64,000 nt of DNA from Blastocystis sp. Blastoise (lineage: Eukaryota; Protista; Bigyra: Opalinata): the NCBI GenBank assembly GCA_039096225.1, contig JBBPEB010000009.1, forward strand, positions 1,426,001 to 1,490,000, in the 5' to 3' direction. Below are positions 14,801-27,437 of this stretch, piece by piece (position 1 is the first letter of the stretch; every line of letters starts with the position of its first letter). The position numbers were made by a program, and so were the translations under genes. The notes beneath the pieces are model-generated. The model was not told the DNA's origin and made no database searches. It saw nothing but the letters and a program-made list of their open reading frames with translations.

Positions 14801-16568
14801 TCCTGTTACTCAACAATATGTATCTTCATGGACTGTTACTCCTTCTCTTCCTAATGGATTAACCATTAATAGTTCTACTGGTATTATCTCTGGTACTCCT
14901 ACTACTATTCAAGTTGCTACTATTTATACTATTACTGCTACTAATCCTACTGGTAACGGTCAAGCAACAGTTTCTATTACTATTAATTCTCGTACTTGTG
15001 CTGCTGATGGTGTTTGGTCTGTTACTAATGCTGGTGTTACTGCCACTTCTCCTTGTACTGATTCTCAAAAAGAAGGTCAAGTTACAAGAATTTGTGGTAT
15101 TACTGGTGTTTGGGAATCTCCTGTTGATGGCTGTACTTATATTATTCCCACTGTTACTATTAGTCCATCAAGTGTTACTTTATATACATCTGAATCATCT
15201 ACTATTACTCCTACTACTCAACAATATGTATCTTCATGGACTGTGACTCCTTCTCTTCCTAATGGATTAACCATTAATAGTTCTACTGGTATTATTACGG
15301 GTACTCCTACTACTATTCAAGTAGCTGCCACTTATATTGTAAAAGCTACTAATATTGTTGGTTTTGGTCAAGCTTCTATATCAATTACTATTAATTCTCG
15401 TACTTGTCCTTTAGATGGTGTTTGGTCTACTACTAATGCTGGTGCTACAGCTACTTCTCCTTGTACTGATTCACTTAAAGAAGGACAATTAACAAGAATC
15501 TGTGGTCCTACAGGAATATGGCAATCAGCTATTGATAGTTGTACTTATAAAGCTCCAGTAATTACTTTAGATCCTCTTTCTTATACTTTCTATAAAGATG
15601 AAAATGCTGAAATTATTCCTACTGCTGAAAATCAAGTAAACTCATGGATTATTTCTCCTTCTCTTCCTATTGGTATGAATTTAAATAGTAATACAGGTAT
15701 GATTTCTGGTTCTCCATCATATATACAACCTGCTATTCAATATACATTATCTGCTCTTAACAGTGATAAGAGTGCACTTATTTCTGTATCTATTACTGTT
15801 ATTTCTCGTACTTGTGATGTTGATGGTGAATGGCCTGCTACATATGTAGGTACTACTGCTTATATATTATGTGAAAATAGCTTAACAACTTCTCGTTCTC
15901 GTGCTTGTACTCATATAGGTAATGTTGGTCAATGGGAAGCTGTCAATACTACTACTTGTTATAGTATTTCTAATGAAGATAAACCTGTTCAAGATCGTAC
16001 ATTTATTCGTTTACCTATTCATTTCTCTGGAGTATCTTCTACATTCTTTGATGGTATTCATATTCATTTACTTCAAAATGAACTTGATAATTTCATTGCT
16101 ACTTTGAATATACCAAATACTAAGATATACATTGAATCTATACAAAATAATCCTTCTGTTTTCTATGCTGATAATACTATTATTACTACACGTGTTGAAT
16201 GTGATGAGTCTCAAAATACTGTTATTAATGAAGCTCTTGTTCAGTTTATTAATATGCCATTATTAAATGCTCTTAGAACTAGTTCACCTGATTATAATCA
16301 AGTTGTTTCTATTCTTGTTACTCCTGAAGATGTAACAGTTACTAATTATACATTCTGGAGTACTACTGCTATTGTTGTGACTGTTATTGTTATTATTGTT
16401 GTCGTTGCTATTATTATTGTTGCAGTTTATCTTGTTATGAACAAGAATGGTAAAAAAGGTAATAAAAAACCTAAGATTGTCAAACCTGCCAACAAACAAA
16501 AAGAAGTTCCTAAAAAAGCAGGTGATGTTAAAGTGAAAGAAGAAAAGAAAACTGTTTCACAAGTTTAA
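8878..16568 (+). CDS. Giant type I surface protein (~2,450 aa): signal peptide, galactose-binding/discoidin-like jelly-roll domains, putative Ig (He_PIG-like) repeats, Cys-rich HRM-like modules, TM helix, Lys-rich tail
   Basis: ATG 8878 (MKLSLILLFILLGAAIDC), 3 short 5' introns, then one ~7-kb exon containing the 2268-aa ORF. Motifs: KAFDNNRDTKW and RDPKDFTLSGSND (F5/8C-like); LPxGLxxxxxTGxIxGTPT (He_PIG-like); TM AIVVTVIVIIVVVAIIIVAVYLVM. Confidence 0.9.
14181..15960 (+). repeat. 408-bp (136-aa) coding tandem repeat: Cys-rich module plus putative Ig domain (5 Cys modules)
   Basis: The Cys codon of CxxDGxW lies at 14181, 14589, 14997, 15405 and 15813, an exact 408-bp period. Confidence 0.9.
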
Positions 16569-17768
16569 TTAATTAGTTGCTTTTTTAAAATAAGATTTAT
16601 TTATTATTTTACTATATAAGTTTATTGTTTCAACTTTGTATAATACACAAAGTCCTATTTTCTCATAAATTAGTTTGCTTTTATTTACTCTCAACTATTT
16701 TATTATACATAGAGTTTTGTTTAGGTATTTATGATTTATATTAATAATTTTAAAAATTTATTAATCACTAGATATACATATAATAATAAATAGAAGTATT
16801 ACTTTTTTTTATATCCACTATAAACAGTTATGTTTTTTTTTGTATATAATTAGGTATTCTAAATACTTTTTGTATTTCAGACAATAAATAAAGTAGAAGA
16901 TAATAATCTAAAATAAATGGAACCTAAAAATGTCCTTTATACATGATTCTTATTTCACATATATATGTTCATATATACTATTGTTATTGATATTCTTAAA
17001 AGTCTATAGAATTGTAGTATATAGTATAATATAGTTAAAATGGAAGAGAACAATATTAGTGATTGAATAATGATTTGTGTTCATCATATGATCTTATTTA
17101 TAGTAACTAGAAATGATGAAGAAGAGACTCTTTGTTATTCTATGAACATCTATATGGATATTCTTACTATATATAATAAAATGGATAATAACAAAAGAAA
17201 ACGTATTTAATAATTAGGAAATGATACCGTAAAGAAATGGAAACTGTGTTCTCCATGATTTGACAGTTATATCTAACAAGATAGAGATATTCATACCAAA
17301 TTGGATAATTCACGTTCTATTTTTACAGAAGCATCACCTTCTTGATATATATAATAATGATTTGTTCTAATAAAAACTATGAAATGAATGGATACAATTT
17401 TTGGCATGAAATATTAACTGAATTCTATAAATCTTCCCTTTTTTTATCTTAGATTTAGCTTTATACTATTGTACTCTATAAATTGGAACAGAAAATACAT
17501 CACAGAAAGATATTAAAATAGAGAACATATAAATAACACAAATCAAAAGACAAAAAAATGTTCCCTAGCAATAAAGAAGAACCACCCTACTACCAAAAAT
17601 TAATTTATATTTTTCTTTATATTTACCTACACAAAAATAAAATTATACGGCTTTCATATGAGATTCCCATGGTTATACATGTTTTCTTGGTTGGTCGGCT
17701 TTTTCACAAAAGAAAAATTTTTTTTATTTATTTTTTAATAAATAATAATTGAGAAGCAGGAAACTCTA

Positions 17769-18784
17769 ATGGCTGACGACATTGGTAATTTTTTGATAAG
17801 GATAATGATTTGAATATTTGAATATAGATTATAGTAAATTAGGTAAGAAACAAATGGAGTTTCTTGCTACCATTCAAAATGATACAGTAGCTGTACCTCC
17901 CAATGAGTTTGCAAGAAAACAGTTAGAGAAGATGGGATGGAAAGAAGGTGAAGGTTTAGGAAAGAAGTCTGATGGTATTACAAAATCAATTCAAGTTCAT
18001 AGAAGAGATGAAAATGAAGGTTTAGATAGATTTTTATACGAATTACTATTTTTTTCTATAATTATTTATTTATAGTTAGGTCATGGAGAATTCAAACTTG
18101 AAGAAAAGAATGATAATTGGTGGTTTTCTTGTTTTGATCAAACTGCATCTAAAATACAAGTTTCAAGTTCAGATTCCAGTTCAGATTCTGATTCTGATTC
18201 TAAACCAAAATCTAAATCTACATCTCCTATTGTTATGTATACGGGTATATAATGATTCTTTGCTTATTTTTTTTTTATTTAAATGAATATATTTTGCAAA
18301 TTATATATTGTTTATATTATATATATTGAAATTATATAGATTAAAAATTTATATATATGTATACGGATGAAGAATTATTTAAAGCTTGTGGAGGTCGTCG
18401 ACTTGGTATGAGAGCTAGAGCATCTCAGGTAAATATAAATATTTATTATTTATTATTTATTATTATTATTATTAGTTTTTATTCGCTTTATTTTTATTCG
18501 CTTTATTATTATTATTTTGAATATATTTATATGATTATTAATTATACAACTCTATAAAGAATGGTAAATGGAAGCGTATTAATGATGCGGATACACTTCC
18601 TTCTTTACCTCCAAAAGAAGAAGAAGAAAAGAACAAGAAGAAGAAGGAAAAGAAACATCATCATAATCATAAAGAGAAGTCAGAGAAGAAACATCATCAT
18701 AGTCATAAAGAGAAGAAAGAAAAAACATCAGTTATAGAAAAGAAATCAAAAAAACATGAAAAGAAACATCATAAGAAGGAATAA
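17769..18784 (+). CDS. GPATCH4: G-patch domain protein, GPATCH4-like (ribosome biogenesis), 5 exons
   Basis: FARKQLEKMGWKEGEGLGKKSDGITKSIQV (G-patch), then NWW, TDEELFKACGGR and a K/H-rich basic tail; TAA at 18782-18784. Confidence 0.75.
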
Positions 18785-19081
18785 TAAGGAATATTGATTG
18801 TGTTCTATTTATATATATATTATTTGTCTTATTCATTTTTCTTGTTTTTCTATTATTTGATCATTTGTTAGTTCTCTGTTTTGTCGTATGTGACTCTGCT
18901 GTTTTGTTGTAAATTAAAAAGAATTTGGTGTATTTATTATTATATCAAGTGAAAGTTACAGATATATAAATTATATAGAAACTAGACTGCTTTTATAATA
19001 CATTTCAAATAATATACAATTTAATATATATAACAATATATATATTTTTACAAATAATTCATAATAAATAACCTATTGATA

Positions 19082-19564
19082 TTATTGTTCATTATTCTCT
19101 TCATCTGTATTTAAAAAAGGATGTTCTTGATCATAATTAAATATAATATTTATCGAATTCTTTATTTTTTCTAATAGTTGTTCTTTAGGAATAGTATTTA
19201 TTTCAGGCCACGTGGGTAAGGAACACTCATAACGTTCACCATTCATCTATATATATATATATAATTTAATTATCTCAATATATATAGAGTATATTTAGAA
19301 ATAGTTGAATAATATATATATATATATATTGAGGTTATTACAATATAAATAAAAGCATGAAGAGCTATGGACATAAAAGAGAGTTGTTCGTCGTTATATA
19401 AAGCATTCATTCTATATTTAGTAAATATATTAATTATTATATATTGTATATTTAGTAAGAATAACATATACTATATTAATAATAATAAAAAAGTATATAT
19501 ATATATATAATAACCTTTCTTTTTCATCCATTTGACAAAAACGACAAGTCAATTTTATTCTCTC

Positions 19565-19603
<39 letters not shown>

Positions 19604-19823
19604 GTTATTATTCATGTAGTAAAGAATAGATAATATATTTGAATGTATATATAATTATTAAACTAAAAATATAAACTTATGTAATTGATATAATATATAT
19701 AAATACCTAAAGGATAGTTTTGAATATCTTTTGGAATAACCGCGGGAGACCATGGTACCATTTCTTTTCTATATTATTTATATATATAGATTTATAAACT
19801 ATTTTTGTAGATATTTATATATT

Positions 19824-19870
<47 letters not shown>

Positions 19871-21576
19871 TCTCTGATACATTTTTCATTATAATGAACA
19901 TCATTATATATAGGATGTCCGATATATTTTGTATGAAGCCGAATTTGATGAGTTCGACCTGTTACTGGAATACATAATAATAATGTATATATATCTATAT
20001 ATATATGATATATGTATTTTTTTTTTATCAAAATACTATGTTAAGATATATATATATATATAATATACCCTCATTATCCTTTATTGAATCTATAGTAATG
20101 ATATCACAAATTTGATTTTTATTATATATGTAATACAGAGGCACACAATATGTACATGATGGCTATATATATATATATAATAATAATAATAATAAAACAT
20201 TTTTTTTATTCACTAATCTCTTTATACAAAAAATTTATAATAAATACAATAATATAAAAATATAAATATAATAAGTATTATATAATATTTATAATAATAT
20301 ATATACTTTCCCGTGGGAATCACATGCGTAAAGTCCCTTTTTATGAGAGACTACATCGATGGGAGCATCAATTTTAATTCCTACCGAAGGTATATATTCT
20401 ATATACTATAAAGTATAGTTCAACAGTATATTGTATCTCTATATTATAAATAATAAATAAATAGAATTATTGAAAAAATAATATATTTTTCATAATCTAC
20501 CTGACTATTTGTACCGGTTGGGAATACTATTCCATCAGTGATACACAAATACACTTTATGTGCTGTTCTTCCTCGTAATAATTGTGATAATTCTCCAGCT
20601 TTTTCTTTTGACTTGGCAGTTAATAATAATCCTATATATACATATATCTATAGTAATAAATATTTATTTTATATATGAACTGAGAAAAAAAACATATTTA
20701 TATATAAACTAAGTTAAATAAAAAACAAATATATATATAAACTAAGTTAAATAAAAAACAAATATATATATAAACTAAGTTAAATAAAAAACAAATATAT
20801 ATATAAACTGAGTTAAATAAAAAACAAATATATATATATACCAGAAGTAACTCTATCTAATCGATGAATAAAATAAACATTTTGAATATTTAATTCAGTT
20901 TTCATAATAAATTCCATAGTATTATGTCTATATGTACCACAAGGATGAACAGGAAGAGAAGCAGGTTTGGAAACACAAAGAACGTCATCTGTTTCTTTTA
21001 AAATTTGAATTGGTTCATCGATCACTGGAGGCTCATCTAAATCAATTATAAACGTTATAGAGCAAAAATAGACTAAGAATAATTGAAAAATACGTCGATG
21101 AACCGAATGTCTAATGAGATCACTGTTTTTAAGTATATAATCTGGTCTTACTGCCTCACCATTGACAGTAATTCGTCCTGCATTAATAGCTTCTTCATAA
21201 TAATCTCTTGAATAAGCAGCAAACTCAGAAGAATAAACATCAAGAAGAGTTTTTCCTAACCATCTCTTTATATAAAAAGGAATATATTTTAATCATTCAT
21301 TAATTAAATCAGATACTTGTTTACAAAATGTTTCGTGGTGATATACGTAAGGTTCAACATATCTTTTACCTAATTAGTACATAAAACCAATATTCTATAA
21401 TAGATACCATCTTTAAATGTATATTTGACATCTTCTATCAAGTTTTTGAAATCAGTTCGCTGCTTTTTCCTTTGTTCATTTACAACATTGACTTTTCTTT
21501 TGTTTCTAAATCATCATATAGTTAGGGGATATAATGTAGAAACATACTTTGTATTCAAATCTGGTTTTTCCTCCAT
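19082..21576 (-). CDS. RluA-family RNA pseudouridine synthase (RPUSD2/Rib2/Pus9-like), intron-rich
   Basis: YVEPYV...RWLGKTLLDVYSSEF...AINAGRITVNG (S4-like), KPASLPVHPCG, catalytic HRLDRVTSG, PVTGRTHQIRLH...GHPIYND and IALHA. Confidence 0.92.
20700..20835. repeat. 33-bp intronic minisatellite, ~4 copies
   Basis: AACTRAGTTAAATAAAAAACAAATATATAT recurs at 20707, 20740, 20773 and 20806. Confidence 0.85.
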
Positions 21577-21643
21577 TTTAAAAATATTATTGTTTGTGGG
21601 TGCATACAAAAAGTATTTTCTTTAAAATATTTGTTTAAAAATA

Positions 21644-23755
21644 ATGTTTTCTCGTTTATTAACTTTTAAATCTCTTCATCTATATCAAAGCACAAATTTC
21701 TTTTCTTTATCATTATTTCAACGTTTCTGTTCTAATGAAACAAAATATATTTTAGGAATTGAAACAAGTTGTGATGATACTTGTGCTGCTTTACTTGATG
21801 ATAAAGGAAATATAATCGAACATGTAGAGTCGAGTCAATGGAACATATATGAGAAGTATCAGGGTATTTTTTATTGAATTCACTTTTTTTATTTTTAGTT
21901 TTTGTCATTTTATGTTTTTTATATGATTATAGGAATTATTCCACATTTATCTTCCAGGATGCATTTGGTTAATTTACCGGTTGTTGTCAATTATGTGTTA
22001 CAAAAGTCTGGTATAGAGAATATTGAACACAAATTAGAAGGTATTGCTGTTACAGTAGGTCCTGGACTTGATCCTTGCTTAAAAATGGGTTTAGATATGT
22101 CTAAAAAGCTTTGTAAACAATATAAAATACCTATGATTCCTGTTCATCACATGGAAGGACATGCTTTGGTGTCTTCTATACCTAAAGAAATTAAAGAAGA
22201 TTCATTTTGTTTATTATTATCAGGTGGACATTCTCAATTATATACATTAACATATAAAGAAGAAGAAAATATGATAACAAATTGGAGTGAAATTCAAAAT
22301 AATATATTATTTAATTATGATAATTGTATGAATAGAATGCTATAATAAAGATTATTATTATTGTTATATATATAGTTCGTGGTCCATTTCATTATGAATT
22401 ATTAGGAGATACTATTGATGATTCTATGGGTATTATTATTCTATTTATTATTCAATTTATTGCTTTATTTATGATTCTATTTATTATTTATTTGTGATAT
22501 ATATTATTTCTATTCATTATATATTATATTATAAATTATTATTTATAATTTTTTAATAATTCTTTAATAATTTTTTAATAATTCTTTAATAATTCTTTAA
22601 TAATTCTTTAATAATTCTTTAATAATTCTGTTTATAATTAAGAATATTTCCTATAAATATCTTTATATCTAATTGTTCTCTAGGTGAATGCTTTGATAAA
22701 ATAGCGCGTAGTTTGGCGGGAATAACTCCTTCATCTATACCTTTCTTTGATCCTCACAAAGAATATAATTATCAACCTATTACATTTCATGATATTGGTA
22801 TTCTATATATATATATATATGTTATTATTATACCATATATATGCTTATAATCTATTACTATTCTATATATATAGAACATCCTTCTTCAACAATTCCCGTG
22901 GGAGGAGCCGATATAGAAAAATGGGCAAATGAATATATAGGTATATATTAACTATTGTTTATAAGATATATATATAGCTGCAATATCTATATATATATTA
23001 AAAATCTAATATATTTCTATATAAATAACTTTTCTATTGTATTCCATATATAGATTTATATAGTCAGAATAATCCTCCTTCTTATCCTCCTCCTATATTC
23101 AAAGTTCCCATGAGACAAAGAAAAGATCTATTATTCTCTTTCTCTGGACTCAAAACCGCGGTTATTCGATATTTAATGAAAACAAAAGTATTTTCTATTT
23201 TTTTGTCTATTAATTCTAAAACAAAATAAAAATAATATAAATATTTTTTTTATACAACTTATTATCTATTCTAGTTCCCTTTAAGTAATGAGCAACGTGA
23301 TCATGTTGCATTTCAGTTTCAATCAGTAGCTATTCAGCATATTATTGATCGACTGAAATATGCTCATGTATTATATCCAAATATTCATCAAATTGTATAT
23401 ATAATGATTTGATTATAATAATATTAATAAAACTTAATAATAATATATATATATATATAGATTTTAGGAGGAGGTGTTACATGTAACAAGACACTAAGAA
23501 ATAGTATTTCTCAATTTTGTAATAAAAATGATATGAAATTAATTGCACCATCTTTAGAGTAAATATATATATATATAATTATTATTTACATTATTTACAT
23601 ACAATATAATACTTATTATATACATATATAGTCTATGTAGAGATAATGCAGTTATGATAGCATGGACAGGATTGTATAAATATAAAAGAAATCGATATAT
23701 AGATTATTCATGTGTAGATCATGTAGATTTTGACTCTAATTTAGAATTATATTAG
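21644..23755 (+). CDS. OSGEPL1: Organellar tRNA t6A synthase, Qri7/OSGEPL1 (TsaD/Kae1 family), multi-exon
   Basis: R/S/L-rich presequence (MFSRLLTFKSLHL...QRFCS), then ILGIETSCDDT, GPG, HHMEGH, LLSGGHS, DDSMGECFDKIAR, FSFSGLKT, GGVTCNKTLR and CRDNAVMIAW; TAG at 23753-23755. Confidence 0.92.
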
Positions 23756-24244
23756 TGAATAAAATACTCTATGTATCTATTCTTACAAATTCTAAATTGT
23801 ATATATATCAAATATAGTTTATTCTGACTAGTTTGTCGATTTACTAATAATTTATGTGTACTATCAAGATTCTAAACAATTAGTTGTGATAATAACGTTA
23901 TCAAAAATAAAATATTATCGATAGTATAGCATAATAAAATAAATGAAGAACATAAATATCATTCATTTGCTATTAAAATGAAAATTTCATTTTAAAATTT
24001 AATATTCTATTCTATATAAGATATATAAACTCATTTTTAAAACAAAATTTGCTACACAAAATGAATGACAGGAATAAAATATCGGTTTCTAAGTGTTTGA
24101 TTTTATCTATCACTATAAATATATTGTTATAACAAATATAAATAAATTTTTGTTTAAATAAATGTATAGTTATAGTAAATAAAACAAAAATAAGAATATC
24201 TAATTACTATGTTTAATTAAGCTAGTAAGAAAATTTATTCAACA

Positions 24245-24326
24245 GACAATTTGTCCGAGTGGTTAAGGAGGTAGACTAGAAATCTACTGGGCTTTGCCCG
24301 CGCAGGTTCGAATCCTGCAGTTGTCG
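24245..24326 (+). tRNA. tRNA-Ser (anticodon AGA)
   Basis: Acceptor GACAATT/AGTTGTC; anticodon arm GTAGA-CTAGAAA-TCTAC; long variable arm GGGC-TTT-GCCC; T-arm GCAGG-TTCGAAT-CCTGC; followed by an oligo-T terminator. Confidence 0.97.
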
Positions 24327-24633
24327 ATTTTTTTATTTTTAAAAAAAAACATATTTTTATTTTCCATTTATTACTTGAAAAAGTAAACAAAACAGCATAA
24401 ATGAATTGTGAATACTTCAATACAAAATTAATAATGAATTCAAATCATTTGAATAATAAGTAGAACAGTAAATAATAATAATAATTAAAAAAAAAAGATA
24501 TTTTATTCTAGAAGGAAAGAGAGATAAATATCCTGAAAAATTTAGAAATTAAAAAAAAGAATGAGTATATATATAGTAGAGAATATACTTGATAAAAAAT
24601 GTTGAATAAATAAAAATAGATATATTAACAAGA

Positions 24634-25353
24634 TTATATAATAAGATCTTCTTGAATAATATTCGGTTGTTCTTTAATATGTTGAATACTATTCGAAATC
24701 ATTTGATCTATATCTTCTTCAAATATATCTCCAGAACTCATAATATCCACGATGAAATCAGCTAATATCACAAATCGTGGATCTCTAAAGAATAAATGAA
24801 ATATAGTATATATATATAGTATATTTATTATATATAGTATATATAGTATATATAAAATAATAAAAATATATATAGATACTCCATATCTTTTGGTTTACAT
24901 ATTTCGATATGATTGGCTGTTTTATCAATAAAATAATCACAATCATCCTATTTATATATATATATAATAAAAAAAAATAGAAAGAGTCTATAAATGATAA
25001 AATAATAATATATATATACAGTAATTCTAGAGCTATATTCAGGTACAACAATTGATGATAAGTGTTTATTAACAACAACTGGTTTTCCCTCACAAATACA
25101 CAATAACCGCGGGATATACGGCATATTCAAAAAACGATTATTTAATTCTAATAATTCAGGTGAAGAATTATATAATTGATTTACCTATATGTATATAGAG
25201 TAAAATATAGTGAATAGATGAACAAAAAGTTACTTATATATAGAAAATAATAATATTATTATTTATGATCAATCAATAAAGCTATTTATATATAAATTAG
25301 AAAATCGTTAAAAAAATTATATATAAAAAAAAAATTAAAAAAGAATATATATA

Positions 25354-25424
<71 letters not shown>

Positions 25425-27396
25425 ATATATATATATATATACAGCTTTATTAAAAGGAGTAATAGCTTCTATAAGATTATATCTTTGTTTCATAACAGGT
25501 GTTCCTTTATGAGGAGTAGAATAGAAACATATTCCTTTAGTAGAATATAATAAAGGACTTATATAAGATCTAGAAGGGATATAGAGTATATTATTTATTG
25601 CATTATATAATATATATAATATATATAATATATATAATATATATTATATTATATAAGAAAAAAAAATGAAAACATAATAATCATAATAAATAATTCATCT
25701 ATAAATAAACATTAAATAGATAAACATAATTATATTTAAAAAAATGAATAAAGTAATAAATATATAATATACTTTTCATATTGTTTAACCAGAATATGTT
25801 TTAATATAATACCACCCATGGAATGAACAACAAATATAACTGGTCGTTTCCCAACTCCCGCCATTTCTAATTGACGTTCTACAATGGCGCCAATTTCAGC
25901 TACTTCTAAATTCTGATGACTTTTATTTCGACTTATTTTTGCAGGATATTTTATGGATAATATTCGAATAGTAATATCTTTATCATCCTCTTGGGAATAA
26001 GATGAATTTGAATGTATATGATTTTTGTCTTTAGGAAGTATCATTTTATTGGCTGCTGATACTAATTGTGTTTCTGATAACGTAGATTCATCAGAAATAG
26101 TATTTTCATCTGATAATTCATTATTATCATTTATATACATATCTTGAGAACTATCGATCTCTTCATTATCTTCTAAATAATCACGGTTTTTTAAGTGTTC
26201 TTTTATATATGGAGTTAACCATTGACTAATCCAAACATCAGTCTATATATATATATATTTATTTAGTGTCTATTCATAAATAGTATAATTATATATATAT
26301 ATATATATATAATATTCTATATAGTCATATATATTTAGTGTCTATTTATAAATAATATAATTATATATATATATACTTGATACGTTTTATCTCCTTCAGT
26401 AACCCATGTCTTATAAAATGAGCCACCAACTCCATGAATAAATACTATATCGTAATCAGGCTATATATATATATAACATTAATAATAATAAAGTTATCTA
26501 AATGTCAAATATAATAATAATAATAAAAAAAACATAAGAAAACATAAAAAAACATAAAAAACATCAAATATATACTTCTATTAATTTTCCTTGTTTATTG
26601 ACTAATTCATTATAATTCATAATATATATACCATCATCTAGTTCTTCTTTATTATATATATTATTTGATTCACAACAATTCGAAAAATCATCTGAATATA
26701 TATTATTATCATTATTTATATCATTCTCTATACAACTTTGATTCTTTATATTATATAACAATCTCTCTGTCATATATCGAACTTTTAACCGCGGGGATTT
26801 TAACCAATTATTCATAGATTCATTCCAACGTAGAAGTATATATTTACATAATCGTCTCTATATATAGAGTATATATTCATTATAATTAATATATATTATT
26901 ATTATCATGGTAATTAATATATAGTATAGATATTATTATTAGAATAATATATATTAAAAAAATGAATATATATATATATACAGATCGTCGATCATTTCCC
27001 ATGGAAATATCGCATAAAGACCTAGCTAATTCACCTTGAATCGCGGGATTCGATGAATCTTTTAAACATTCTAATAAGAGTAAAAATTGATGACTAATAA
27101 GAAAATCTTTCATATCATCTCCTTTTAAATAACAACATAAACTACGAAGTAAACAATGTAATTTCCAAATATCCGTGGGAATTCGAGATATTTTATTATA
27201 ATAACAAGTAGATACAGTAGCTAAAGAAGGCGGTGCTAAGGATGATAATATCTTATAGGTACTTTCTAAATAATCCTATATATATATATTTAATAATAAT
27301 AGTGAATATGTATATATATATACATTAATAAGTTGATATGGAGTATTACTATATTTAATAAAATTTTTAATTACTTCTATAGCTACTGTACTTTGC

Positions 27397-27437
<41 letters not shown>

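Noticed and set aside
10060-16499. Many short ORFs overlapping the large surface-protein gene
   Set aside because: Leu/Ile- or Ser/Asn-rich shadow ORFs caused by the T-ending codon bias of the real frame.
24235-24420. 61-aa minus-strand ORF
   Set aside because: Antisense translation of the tRNA-Ser gene.
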